Shown one piece after another: positions 47,760 to 57,132 of a DNA stretch of 64,000 bases. Under the pieces are notes generated by a model. That model searched no databases. It worked only from the letters and a program-made list of their open reading frames with translations, and had not been told where the DNA came from. The stretch spans positions 1 through 64,000 of IMG/VR virus record IMGVR_UViG_3300033076_001139; one strand, 5' to 3'. The number at the start of each line of letters is the position of its first letter. Position 1 is the first letter of the stretch. The position numbers were made by a program, and so were the translations under genes. This stretch comes from a virus. Its lineage: Duplodnaviria > Caudoviricetes.

Positions 47760-48323
47760 CTACTTGACCGCGGCCCACTTACTCCAATACCCGACCGCGC
47801 CCATGTAGGCGTCGCGGTCAAGAGGTACCCCAGAACCACCCTCAGCCAGCGGAAGCGCGTTCCGCAGGATGGTCATCGGGTTCATTGGCGCCTCCTCCGG
47901 CGTGGGCGCCGAATTGATGGAGATGACCACCCATTCCACCCCCTCCGGGATCTGCATCCCCTCCTTCTCCACTAGGTGGGCCCTTGTGTACAGGACCACA
48001 TCGAGGAAGGAGGCCTTGCCGGCCGTGACATCCTTGGCGTCAAACCAGCGTACGAGAACCGGAAGCTCCTCCGGTCTGCGGGCTTCGTAGCCCGTCCGGA
48101 GTAGGTGCTCGTTTTCCGGCGTGACCTCCGCAACGCCGTCGAGGGCGTCGGTGAAGTTTTCGAGGAACAGGTGCTTGCAAAACGGCGCGTAGCCGTTTGC
48201 CTCGCTGACCGGGGTCAGGGCGTTGAGGGCAGACTCAAACTGCTCGGGAGAGCAGTCGAGGATCTTGGTTCCGCCGAAACCGGGGTTGAAGTGCCGCTTG
48301 GCGAAATCACAGACGAAAATCAT
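47760..48323 (-). CDS. DUF3228-like protein
   Basis: GYAPFCKHLF, YEARRPEELPVLVRWF, PMTILRNAL..GGSGVPLDR. Confidence 0.8.
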   Translation of the reverse strand: MIFVCDFAKRHFNPGFGGTKILDCSPEQFESALNALTPVSEANGYAPFCKHLFLENFTDALDGVAEVTPENEHLLRTGYEARRPEELPVLVRWFDAKDVTAGKASFLDVVLYTRAHLVEKEGMQIPEGVEWVVISINSAPTPEEAPMNPMTILRNALPLAEGGSGVPLDRDAYMGAVGYWSKWAAVK

Positions 48324-48466
48324 GGCATTTCTCCTTTTGTGCCATGTTGATGAACACGCGACCGATGGCATCGCGCGAAAGCGGTAAGAGCCCAGCTTCA
48401 ACAACTTATGGCAGAAATTAGGGCTAAATTAGAAACCCCAGAATTGCTCCTGGGGTTTCCTTCAGA

Positions 48467-49198
48467 TCAGTACCAAGCGTGCATCGAGAACCCGTGCTTG
48501 GCCCAGAAACGGAGCCAAGTTACCGCGTTCTCGCAGTCCCACGTCGAGTCCAGTAGGTCGCGCATTTCCGGGTCTTCGTACGGCCCGTCATTTACGCATC
48601 CCCCAATCTTGTCCATGTAGTAGTCGATTGCGGTTTTGTTAGCCTCTCGCCAATCTAGGACTTTCTGCTCTAGAGCATCGGCGTAGGACTTCATCTCGTC
48701 GGGGTCCATGTCCTGGTACGCCTGATCTGCAAGTTCTTGGCCGATAATCTTCTCGGCGTATCCAATGACCTTGCCTCGGAAGCTCTCGGGACCGGTCAGC
48801 ATGCCGGTGATTCGCCCAAGCCCTTCCCTGTTCTTGGCAAGGTCCGGCACGTACTTGCCGCGATTGGCCGTCAGCCAAGATTCGAGGGTTGGGTAGGCTT
48901 CAAAGAACGCAGGTCGCTCAGCCTTGCTGTACTGCTCGGTGACAAAGTCTGTGGCCTCTTGGTCAATCCCCACGCGAGGACAGTCAAGAATCGCGCAAGG
49001 ACTAATCTCCAGTGCGTTTTCTTCGTCTTCCAGGCGATCCAGCGTTTCCTTCAATTCCATCAGCACAAGCTTGTCCGCGCCGAGCGCGTCCTGCTCGTAG
49101 TACTTGTCCCGCGCCTCAAGCCGCTTCTTGCGGATCTCGGCGTGTTCTTCTTCCTTACCCTCGATGATCTTTGACTTGAGAACCCAGTCGAGTCCCAT
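48467..49198 (-). CDS. Hypothetical protein
   Basis: MGLDW start; RBS; terminator. Confidence 0.7.
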   Translation of the reverse strand: MGLDWVLKSKIIEGKEEEHAEIRKKRLEARDKYYEQDALGADKLVLMELKETLDRLEDEENALEISPCAILDCPRVGIDQEATDFVTEQYSKAERPAFFEAYPTLESWLTANRGKYVPDLAKNREGLGRITGMLTGPESFRGKVIGYAEKIIGQELADQAYQDMDPDEMKSYADALEQKVLDWREANKTAIDYYMDKIGGCVNDGPYEDPEMRDLLDSTWDCENAVTWLRFWAKHGFSMHAWY

Positions 49199-49365
49199 GT
49201 TCAGTTCCTGTGGGCAGCGCCCTGTTCAGTCCCGGTACAAATCCCAGTGCTTTCCAATCCTGCGGCGGCAGTAAGTTGTCCGGCCAAGACATGTGCGCCC
49301 CGTGGTGACCCACGGGGCGGCGACATGGGGCGGACTGTCCGTTGGGCAGCGTGTGCCCGCAACGC

Positions 49366-49899
49366 TCAGCCACAGAAAATCACAACCCAGGGATCAACGT
49401 GACACAGTCCCGCGCGGAACAGCATCCCGTGAATCCAACCCTCGAAGTGCCGCTGCTGTAACCCTTGCGGGATAGGTTCACGCAGTTCGATCACGTCTTT
49501 CCGCGCCTCGGGGTGAAGGGCAAGCATCTTGATGACGCCGTCCTTCGAGGTCGGATGTTGTGTTGGGTCGTGGTCTGTCCAGTGTGCGTAATCAAGGACG
49601 CGCATTGCGAGCAGGTGGATATACCTGTGTCGCTTGGGCCGGACGGCGCTTTCCTTGCGGGCGGGAGTCGTACCGTCCGTACCTTTCCCAATCTTCTTTC
49701 TCTCTGACGTAGAGATGTCTCGGATTTCCACCAGCAGCCCCTCTGTTACGATTCCCTCAAACCGTACCGTTTCCCCTCGTTCCTTCCCGCGAAACAAGTG
49801 TTTCGTTTGGTTGGTACGTTTCACAAGTTTCAGGGTGTGGTAGATCTCGTTGATCGCCCGCCCCTGCTGGCGGAGCAGGTTGTAGGCCTGCTCCGCCAT
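49366..49899 (-). CDS. Hypothetical protein
   Basis: Probable start MAEQAY. Confidence 0.5.
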   Translation of the reverse strand: MAEQAYNLLRQQGRAINEIYHTLKLVKRTNQTKHLFRGKERGETVRFEGIVTEGLLVEIRDISTSERKKIGKGTDGTTPARKESAVRPKRHRYIHLLAMRVLDYAHWTDHDPTQHPTSKDGVIKMLALHPEARKDVIELREPIPQGLQQRHFEGWIHGMLFRAGLCHVDPWVVIFCG

Positions 49900-49903
49900 C
49901 GTC

Positions 49904-50275
49904 TCACTTCTGCGTGAGTCCATCAGGCCGGTCTCCCGCCTCAATCTTGTAGCCGTGAGCCATCCACGCTTCCCTCTTGATGTTGCGGAACCAGTCTGCG
50001 ACGGTCGGGATAATTCCGCCGCAGTCTTCCTTGATGTGCTGCTCGCAGATGTAGCGAACATGCACCTTTTTGCCGTCCGAGTTGGTAATGTCCATCCCGA
50101 ACACCCGCTCGGCCTCGTAGATGCCCTGCGAGTGATGACGAAGGGCGCGATGGCGGTAATCCGCGAACGTCTCCTTCGTCGCATCCAGCCAAGCGTGGAC
50201 GGGGATGTAGTCCTCCTCCTTACCGCCCCAAATCTTCACACTCGTCTTTGCGTGGTCGCCCGGATGCATGTCCAT
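49904..50275 (-). CDS. DUF6915-like protein
   Basis: HA..S...GG...DY...H.WLD..K....RHRALRHH...EQHIKED. Confidence 0.8.
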   Translation of the reverse strand: MDMHPGDHAKTSVKIWGGKEEDYIPVHAWLDATKETFADYRHRALRHHSQGIYEAERVFGMDITNSDGKKVHVRYICEQHIKEDCGGIIPTVADWFRNIKREAWMAHGYKIEAGDRPDGLTQK

Positions 50276-50385
50276 GCTTCTCCTCGTTTTGCTTTTCAAG
50301 GGCGTCAGCAATTCGTTCCAGCGCACGGACTAGGCGCGGGAGTTGGCCGTCAAAGAACTGACGACCCAAGTTTGTGAAGGGCCAG

Positions 50386-50886
50386 TCAACCGGCATCGGC
50401 CAGTTCTTCCGGTGTGAGGTTGTGGTGGAAGTCCTCGGTCGTCATCACGTATTCCGAGTGATCCACCTTGATCCCTTCGGCGGTGAAACGCACCGTACCA
50501 AACCCACCCTCGTTGTTCTCCCAGCCGGAGTGCCAGATGGAGACCGCAAAGTGGGCGGCATCCACGAACCACTCCCACATCTCGATCTCGCTCTCGGCCT
50601 CAGTCTCGTCCCACTGATCTGCGGCCGGATTGAATATCTGGCTGAAACCGATGGTCTTGACCTTCTGAGACAGGGCCTTCTCGGCGGCCTTGCCCTTCTT
50701 CTCGCGGCTACCCTTCTTGTTCAACTTGAATGCGTCAAACTCGAACTGACCATTATCACCGCCGCCGTCGTACTTGACGGTCACGTATGCAAGGTTCCCT
50801 GCCGCAAGAATGTCTTTGAGAGGAGAGAGGAACTTCTTGGCCCGCCGATCCTGACGGGCCTTGTACTCTGCGTAGTCGAACGCCAT
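50386..50886 (-). CDS. DUF6878-like protein
   Basis: YDGGGDNG...GWENNEGGFG. Confidence 0.75.
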   Translation of the reverse strand: MAFDYAEYKARQDRRAKKFLSPLKDILAAGNLAYVTVKYDGGGDNGQFEFDAFKLNKKGSREKKGKAAEKALSQKVKTIGFSQIFNPAADQWDETEAESEIEMWEWFVDAAHFAVSIWHSGWENNEGGFGTVRFTAEGIKVDHSEYVMTTEDFHHNLTPEELADAG

Positions 50887-51393
50887 TTACTCTTCCCCCA
50901 GTTCGATTTCGTGGCTGTAGCAATCCACGTCAACAATTCGTTCACTGTGCTCCATTTCCATGCGCAGCCGGTCTACATGGACAACGACGTGGCCGTACGA
51001 GCCTTCGTTGATCTCCCAGCCTGGATGCCGCTGCTCCAGCCAGTGGTAGGCCAGCCAGTCAAGGCCGCGCAGGAGCGGAACCATCTGGTCCTCGGAACTT
51101 TCGATCCACTCGTGCTTGTCGTGATCAAACCGTGAGGACGTCACAGTGATCTCAATCTTGGTGTCGGAGAGAAATGCAGTGCGCTCCGCGTGAATGGCAC
51201 GCTGCTCCTCGTCTGCCAATCCCTCAAAGTAGTAGTAACAGTCGGACTGCGGGTCCTCGCCCGGCTTGTAGATGGCGATCTCCTCTACCTGCCCCGAATC
51301 CCCAGACCCTTCGTAGCGAATAACGGCGGCATCGTAGCCGCCGGACTTCAATGCGTTGATGACGTTCCGTAGAACTTTCTTCTCGTGACTCAT
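50887..51393 (-). CDS. DUF6878-like protein (tandem paralog)
   Basis: YEGSGDSG...GWEINEGSYG. Confidence 0.75.
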   Translation of the reverse strand: MSHEKKVLRNVINALKSGGYDAAVIRYEGSGDSGQVEEIAIYKPGEDPQSDCYYYFEGLADEEQRAIHAERTAFLSDTKIEITVTSSRFDHDKHEWIESSEDQMVPLLRGLDWLAYHWLEQRHPGWEINEGSYGHVVVHVDRLRMEMEHSERIVDVDCYSHEIELGEE

Positions 51394-51521
51394 GTACCTC
51401 CGCAGGAGTTGTCCCTGCGAAAACTTATGACCTAAAAATAAAATGCTAAAAAGAACGGCCCGATGCGTTGTCGCATCGGGCCGCCCCGCTGTTCCCCGGT
51501 CTCCCAACCAGGGTCAGCGAG

Positions 51522-51836
51522 TTACTCGGCGTTGTAGGCCACGCCGTTGGTGTACGGCTTCTTGGTGGCCTTCACGGACGCTTTGCGGAACTCGGCGTCC
51601 GCCGTCGCCGCTTCCGCCGCGTACTTGGCCTTTTCGGCCTCGAAGCGCGCCTTCTGCGCCTCTGCCTCGGCGACGCGCGCCTGCTGGGCCAGAATGAGGA
51701 GCTGGATGCCGTTGTTGGCCAAGCCGACCAACGCCGCGGTGTTGCTCTTCTGGATCTCGGCCTGGATCTCAGCCAGGCGGATGAGCGTATCGCCGCTGAT
51801 CTCGGTCTTTGCGGTGATGCTGATGTTGTTGAGCAT
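51522..51836 (-). CDS. Ala-rich helical protein
   Basis: Own promoter, AAGGAG RBS, terminator. Confidence 0.7.
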   Translation of the reverse strand: MLNNISITAKTEISGDTLIRLAEIQAEIQKSNTAALVGLANNGIQLLILAQQARVAEAEAQKARFEAEKAKYAAEAATADAEFRKASVKATKKPYTNGVAYNAE

Positions 51837-51895
51837 GGTAGTCTCTCCTTGGAAAAGAGTTTATTGCGACAGGGCTACCATTCCTGCGCTATATA

Positions 51896-51925
51896 CTTAT
51901 GGCAGGATTTGCCTATATTTTTAGG
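51896..51925 (-). promoter_or_regulatory. Conserved phage promoter
   Basis: CCTAAA-N18-CATAAG. Confidence 0.75.
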
Positions 51926-52051
51926 CTAAAAGAAATCCCAGACGGCGCGCTTATACGCGCAGCACCCCGTCGGGTGCCGGTCTCATCGTTTGCAGACGGC
52001 CACGTGCGTAGGGCGCATTCTGCGAACCGATGCTGGGATTCCTGAATTGTT

Positions 52052-52324
52052 TTAGTACTCCGCGTAGCCGCGCCAGTCGCGGCGGACGGTACGCAGGTGA
52101 CCCTGCACCTCTGCCTCGCGGTAGAGGGCCTGCTGGGCGGCCCGGCGGTCACGCTTGACCCCCTGAAGGGTTCCGTACGCCATGTAGATAACCGTGGCGC
52201 CCGTCATGCCGAGGAGCCACGGCACGCCGCCGAGGCCTGACCAGTCGATCGGCGGGGCGTGCTCCGCCGCATCTTGGTAGTTATTAACGATGGCCACGGC
52301 GAGGTTGGTAACGAAGTCGAACAT
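52052..52324 (-). CDS. Small membrane protein
   Basis: Promoter at 52393; one TM. Confidence 0.6.
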   Translation of the reverse strand: MFDFVTNLAVAIVNNYQDAAEHAPPIDWSGLGGVPWLLGMTGATVIYMAYGTLQGVKRDRRAAQQALYREAEVQGHLRTVRRDWRGYAEY

Positions 52325-52570
52325 TGGTTTCTCTCCATGAGCGGGAGACAGGTTCAGCCGAACAAAGGAAGCCAATTCTTCCTGTTCATTATATTATGAC
52401 CGATTCTTGCCCTTATTTTAGGGCCATGGTAGGCTCCTAAAACCGGAGGCAAAATGTACCGAGTCATCTCCCGCACCGCGTTCGCGCTGACGTTTACCGC
52501 CGTATTTGCGGCCCTCATGGTCAAGCGATCCTACGAGGATTGGAAAGCCGTGCGGTGATATACTCGGCGC

Positions 52571-52867
52571 ATGAAAGTCGCCGACCACCCGCATGACCGC
52601 CTACAGGAACGCACCCTCATCGCGCCCAAGGAACTGGATGCGCTGATTGACCGTGTGCGCGAAATGAAGCTCGACCCCAAGAAGACCTACCACTACGAGT
52701 GGCCGGATCGTGGGTATGCGGTCATTGCCCCTGCGCGAAAGGGCTATGACAAGCACGTGGTCAAGACCGTACTTGCGCCTCGTATGAAGCCGCCTGGGGA
52801 GAAAGTGGCCGGAATGTACCGGGCGTTCTTTGACGAGCTATTTTGCATCCTTGACAGGGCGTGCTAG
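52571..52867 (+). CDS. Hypothetical protein
   Basis: HPHDRLQERT...VVKTVL; C-terminal EKVA..AFFDEL. Confidence 0.55.
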   Translation: MKVADHPHDRLQERTLIAPKELDALIDRVREMKLDPKKTYHYEWPDRGYAVIAPARKGYDKHVVKTVLAPRMKPPGEKVAGMYRAFFDELFCILDRAC

Positions 52868-52899
52868 CCTCTCCACGCCCGAGAGGGCAAGGAGAATAA

Positions 52900-53184
52900 A
52901 TGTCAGAGAATACGAAGAAGGCGCTGATCGCGCTCATCGCGTTCGTCGGCGGCCTGCTCAGTGGTCTCGTCGGCGCTCCCTACGCTGGCCTTGTCGAGGC
53001 CGGCACGAAGGCTGCCACCGAGGTAGTCGAGGCCGTCCCCACGAAGGAGGAGGCTCCTGCTGCCCCCGCCGAGTCTGCTGCTCCGGCAGAGGCCCCGGTA
53101 GCCGAGGAGGCTGCGAAGCCCGCAGAGGCTGCCCCGGTAGCTGCTCCGGTAGCGGCCCCCGCGCCCGTACCTGCGGCCAAGTAA
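52900..53184 (+). CDS. Membrane protein with Ala/Pro-rich tail (holin candidate)
   Basis: N-terminal TM; AAGGAG RBS; near endolysin. Confidence 0.6.
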   Translation: MSENTKKALIALIAFVGGLLSGLVGAPYAGLVEAGTKAATEVVEAVPTKEEAPAAPAESAAPAEAPVAEEAAKPAEAAPVAAPVAAPAPVPAAK

Positions 53185-53239
53185 AACAAAGAAGGGCCGG
53201 GAGAATCTCTCCCGGCCCTTCGCTTTTCTGCCTACGTCA

Positions 53240-53437
53240 CTACGCCTTGTCGCTCACAAAGACGTTCAGCTCACGGGCTGCCTTGATGACGTCCGAGACG
53301 TCAAACGCAGGCCACTCGCCCGTCTCTTTGTTGTCCTTGAGGGACGCCTGAAACTTGCCCTGAGCATTGGTGACGACGATCTGGTACGCGAGGTGCAGCA
53401 GGTCCTCGCGGATCTGATATCCGCTCTTCTCGGCCAT
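53240..53437 (-). CDS. Hypothetical small protein
   Basis: SGYQIREDLL...DVIKAARELNVFVS; AGGAG RBS. Confidence 0.65.
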   Translation of the reverse strand: MAEKSGYQIREDLLHLAYQIVVTNAQGKFQASLKDNKETGEWPAFDVSDVIKAARELNVFVSDKA

Positions 53438-53603
53438 AGTAATACTCCTGTCTGTGTGTCGCCACAGGATCTCCCGTGACGTGCAGGATGTAATAAGCCC
53501 GCCGATACGGCGCAACTCCGACTAATCCGAAATACGTCGCTCTGGGCAGAGACAGGGTTATGCTACAGTCCGTACAGCCCCGTCTCATCGTGGAGCAACG
53601 ATC

Positions 53604-54308
53604 GTGACCCCAACGTCCGCCCAAAAGCACGTCATCGACTGCGTTCTATCTATCTTTGAGACGGGGCGTATTCCTACCCCCGCTAGTTACGGCACGTGCA
53701 CAATCCTGAAGGATGGGGCCGGTATTTCGTACGGCAAGCACCAGTGCACCGACCGCGCAGGCAGCCTTGACCTCGTCGTGAAGCGGTACATCGCCAAGGG
53801 CGGCACACACTCGCAGTCGCTTAAGGACTTCCTGCCTTACCTAGCGGCAAACAAGTCCTGTGCGGAGGTGCCGGGCGGTAAGTACTCGACTGAGACGCAG
53901 ACCCTGATCAATCTTCTAAAGGCGGCTGGCCTTGACCCCGTCATGCAGGCCGCTCAGGATGAGATCTTTGATGAGGTCTATTTTACACCGGCCCTCAACC
54001 ATGCAGCCTCTGCTGGCGTCGGCAAGGCACTTAGTCTTCTCGTCATTTACGACACCTGCATCCATTCAGGGCCCGGTGGGGTGGCCCTGATTCGGAACCT
54101 ATTCCCTGAGAAGAGCCCGGCAGGCGGCGGTAACGAGGAGGCCTGGGTTCGGGCCTACCTAAACGCGCGACGGACATGGCTTGCTAAAAATAGCAATCCA
54201 CTCGTGCAAAAAACCGTGTACCGTATCGACGCCCTGCTTGCGCTGGTTAACGCAGGCAACTGGGAATTACGGACACCCGTGCGCGTGTGCGGGGTCGTGA
54301 TTCCCTGA
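53604..54308 (+). CDS. Endolysin, chitosanase (GH46)-like lysozyme fold
   Basis: SIFETG...DGAGISYG..Q.T...GSL; YDTCIHSG. Confidence 0.75.
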   Translation: MTPTSAQKHVIDCVLSIFETGRIPTPASYGTCTILKDGAGISYGKHQCTDRAGSLDLVVKRYIAKGGTHSQSLKDFLPYLAANKSCAEVPGGKYSTETQTLINLLKAAGLDPVMQAAQDEIFDEVYFTPALNHAASAGVGKALSLLVIYDTCIHSGPGGVALIRNLFPEKSPAGGGNEEAWVRAYLNARRTWLAKNSNPLVQKTVYRIDALLALVNAGNWELRTPVRVCGVVIP

Positions 54309-54700
54309 TGGAGCGTCCGATGGTCTGGATTTCTGTGGCCGCACTTGCTGGCCTACTCGCGGGTGGCGGGGCTGTGTTCGGCATTATGCATCGCCAAGAG
54401 CCCCCTCTTACGGAGCCCGACACCACAGCCGAGGGTCAGGCATTTGCCGTGGCCTCTCTGACAAATCTAGATATCGTGCAAGGAGTCTGCGACCCCTCGT
54501 ACATTAAGGAACGCGGGGATGGCCTCTGCCGCGAGATGTACTGCATGGCACAGGCCAACTCCACGACGGGTGCGGCTGGCGAAAAGATGTGCGACGCGGT
54601 AAGCAACGTGAACAATTCGCTCGTCATTATTGAGGCCTGCCTCAAGCTCGACGGGCAAGCTCGGCTGGACTGCCTGACGGTATTCCGCGAGCGCAAGTAA
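54308..54700 (+). CDS. Membrane-anchored Cys-rich protein (spanin candidate)
   Basis: TM plus six Cys; coupled to endolysin. Confidence 0.5.
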   Translation: MERPMVWISVAALAGLLAGGGAVFGIMHRQEPPLTEPDTTAEGQAFAVASLTNLDIVQGVCDPSYIKERGDGLCREMYCMAQANSTTGAAGEKMCDAVSNVNNSLVIIEACLKLDGQARLDCLTVFRERK

Positions 54701-54797
54701 GCTGCCGCCCCTGCTGTTGGACCTCCATACAACATCATTCTCGGCAGCAGGGGCGGTTTACTTGCTAAAAAGAGGGCCACAGGCGCCCTCAACCCCT

Positions 54798-55262
54798 CTA
54801 CAGACTCGCAAGCACCGCCATTTGCTTGGCGGCATACTTGCGAGCCCTAGGCCCCTTTCCGTTGTACTTGCGGAACATCTCCCGCTCGGAAGCAGAAGAG
54901 TCCCGCAGTCGCCGGAGGATAGCGGCGGAATATCTGAGGTTGGACTCGGGATCCCACATCTCCCATCCGTCGGGGGACGACCCAAGAGTCTCCGACCAGA
55001 CCCTCGGATGGATCTGGGCCAGGCCGATCTCGCCCGCAGAGCCGCGGGCGGAGGCATTACAGCCTGACTCGCGCCAGACTGTGACGGCCAACCACGCGGG
55101 CTTAATTCCGGCCTCGGCCGCGGCATCCTCGATCATGAACCCCAGCCCTTCTGGGTAGGGGTGAGTGCACCCCTGAACCCAAGGTTCAGGGGTGCACTCA
55201 CCGAGGTCGACAGAGGCGGGTTCGACGGCCGGCTCTGTGCAGGAAAGAAGAAACAGAAGCAT
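54798..55262 (-). CDS. Lytic transglycosylase (SLT) lipoprotein
   Basis: LLSC lipobox-like; RESG...GEIGLAQI...KYNG. Confidence 0.85.
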   Translation of the reverse strand: MLLFLLSCTEPAVEPASVDLGECTPEPWVQGCTHPYPEGLGFMIEDAAAEAGIKPAWLAVTVWRESGCNASARGSAGEIGLAQIHPRVWSETLGSSPDGWEMWDPESNLRYSAAILRRLRDSSASEREMFRKYNGKGPRARKYAAKQMAVLASL

Positions 55263-55316
55263 GTGTCCTCCGGGGCAGAATGGCTTTCTGCTCCAGATAC
55301 TTATGCCTTCCTTTTC

Positions 55317-56393
55317 TTACTTCTTTACGATCACCGTCTTGCCGGCCGTCTGCTCTCCCGAGCCGCGCCAGTAAGGAAGCAGCCACTTGTGGATCAAGTG
55401 CCGCTTCTTCTCACCTTCTCCCTTTGTAGCGAGAACGGGCTGCTCCTCTGGGTTCGAGACCCAGTAGGAGTGGATGTGCCCCGCCACAATGTGACGAGCC
55501 ACGTCCTTTTCTCCTCCCGAACTGCTGGCACGTTGAGAAGCGCGGGCCTTCTCGCTCAGACGCAGGATCGTGTGTGCCAGCACCGAGCGTCCCTTGGAGT
55601 TTTCTCGCTCCCGCTCACGGCGTGCCTTGCGATCATTTCCGCGCAAGTGCGGAACGTAGTCCTCTCGGACCTCCGTGATTTGCCCGCGAGTACGCTGCAA
55701 TAGGTAGAGCAGGTTCGTGACCATGTAGATCAGTTCCTGCTGTCCCAGCTGATCAACAGTGGCGTCCGTGAGCTTGAGCGGCTCACCTGGAAGCAGATGG
55801 AACGTGAACAAAGCATCATCCTGCGGCGGCAGGTTGTTCTTGTTCGCGTAGTCCGCTTTCTTGTCCTCGCCCACGGCAACGACCGTCACTGCCGGTTCCT
55901 GCGTAAGCAGCGACATGTCCACGTCATCCCGCTCGACCTTCTCCCGACGACGAGCGGGGTCCGCGTAGCACCGAACGAGATTCTTCGTGAGATAGAAGCC
56001 CTCGATTCGGTGGTTCCCGGACTGATTGTTGTGGATCTCGAAGCACGGCGGGATGGCTACATACATCCCACTGACCGGGACTTCCGGGAGGAGATCAAAG
56101 TTCTCCATCGGAGGCCGGGTGTTTACCAGTGCCCACGCCAGATCCTCATCGAGGATGTAGATGGGCTGGTTGCTCGCGACCCACGAGAAAAGGGCATGCA
56201 CCGCCAGGACCTGCGTGTGATCCGCGATGTGCCCCATGCCCTGCGCCTCGGCCAGAGTGATCAGCATGACGCCGACCTCTTCCGCCGTAACGGGCCGACC
56301 CCCATAGACTTCCTTCAGGAAATCCATGACGCGGTCGGCTCCGCGCAGGTATTTCTCAGGATGCTGCGTGCTACGCAGCTTGTGACCTGCCAT
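55317..56393 (-). CDS. Hypothetical protein
   Basis: C-terminal RHIVAGH...KWLLPYWRG motif. Confidence 0.7.
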   Translation of the reverse strand: MAGHKLRSTQHPEKYLRGADRVMDFLKEVYGGRPVTAEEVGVMLITLAEAQGMGHIADHTQVLAVHALFSWVASNQPIYILDEDLAWALVNTRPPMENFDLLPEVPVSGMYVAIPPCFEIHNNQSGNHRIEGFYLTKNLVRCYADPARRREKVERDDVDMSLLTQEPAVTVVAVGEDKKADYANKNNLPPQDDALFTFHLLPGEPLKLTDATVDQLGQQELIYMVTNLLYLLQRTRGQITEVREDYVPHLRGNDRKARRERERENSKGRSVLAHTILRLSEKARASQRASSSGGEKDVARHIVAGHIHSYWVSNPEEQPVLATKGEGEKKRHLIHKWLLPYWRGSGEQTAGKTVIVKK

Positions 56394-56576
56394 AGAAACT
56401 CCGTGCCCGCTTCTCTGCGGCGGGCTTGTTTGCGTAGTGGTACCCAAAGGCGAGGAACAGCTCCTCGTCTCCGATCAGGTAATTGCCCTTCACCGAGCGA
56501 AAGGCTTCATGCGTCGGGCCGTAGAGCAGGCCCGACTTGGTACGCCGCGCGAGGATCCACCTGCCGTCAACGCAGA

Positions 56577-57008
56577 TCATTCCTCGCCCTCCGTGAACCA
56601 GAACTGGAGGAATTCGGTGACCCAAGATTCCGTCCGGTAGCGGAGGACTTCAACCTCGTCGCTGTGCGCGGCCACCCACGGGGAGCCGTTGATGAACTCG
56701 GTGAGACCGCCGAAGCCCATGTTGGGTTCTGCGTACTCATGGAGGAGCTTCAGGGTAGGGAACCTTGCCGCGAGAGCGGGGACAAGGACCTGATCCTCTT
56801 CCCACTCGGTCTCGAACTCGTAGACGATGCGGCCGGGCTCGTCGGCGATGACGTCCAGCGACCAGGAGCTGACGGGGGCCTCGACCCCCAGCTTGGCGGC
56901 GAGGGCCGCCACGTCGAAGGCCTTCTCAGCCTGGACGAACTTGATGAACTCTTCGATATCGGACTGCGCACCGAGCGCAGTAATCTGCTGGAAGCAGTAG
57001 TTAGACAC
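56577..57008 (-). CDS. YubB/DUF1281-like ferredoxin-fold protein
   Basis: MSNYC...FETEW...HEYAEPNMGFGG. Confidence 0.65.
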   Translation of the reverse strand: MSNYCFQQITALGAQSDIEEFIKFVQAEKAFDVAALAAKLGVEAPVSSWSLDVIADEPGRIVYEFETEWEEDQVLVPALAARFPTLKLLHEYAEPNMGFGGLTEFINGSPWVAAHSDEVEVLRYRTESWVTEFLQFWFTEGEE

Positions 57009-57052
57009 AGAACCTCCCTATGAAGGCGGAATTGCCTTCATTTATTTATGAC

Positions 57053-57125
57053 CTAAAAACAAAGACCCTGTTCGGCTGCTGAGCCTCGCACTTCCCGTCC
57101 CTCACGGGCCGAGCAGGGTCTTTGT
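57053..57125 (-). terminator. Long branched hairpin terminator
   Basis: ACAAAGACCCTG/CAGGGTCTTTGT stem, TTTTTAG tail. Confidence 0.7.
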
Positions 57126-57132
57126 CGTCGAA

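Noticed and set aside
53040-53180. Ala/Pro/Glu repeats
   Set aside because: Ordinary low-complexity protein tail
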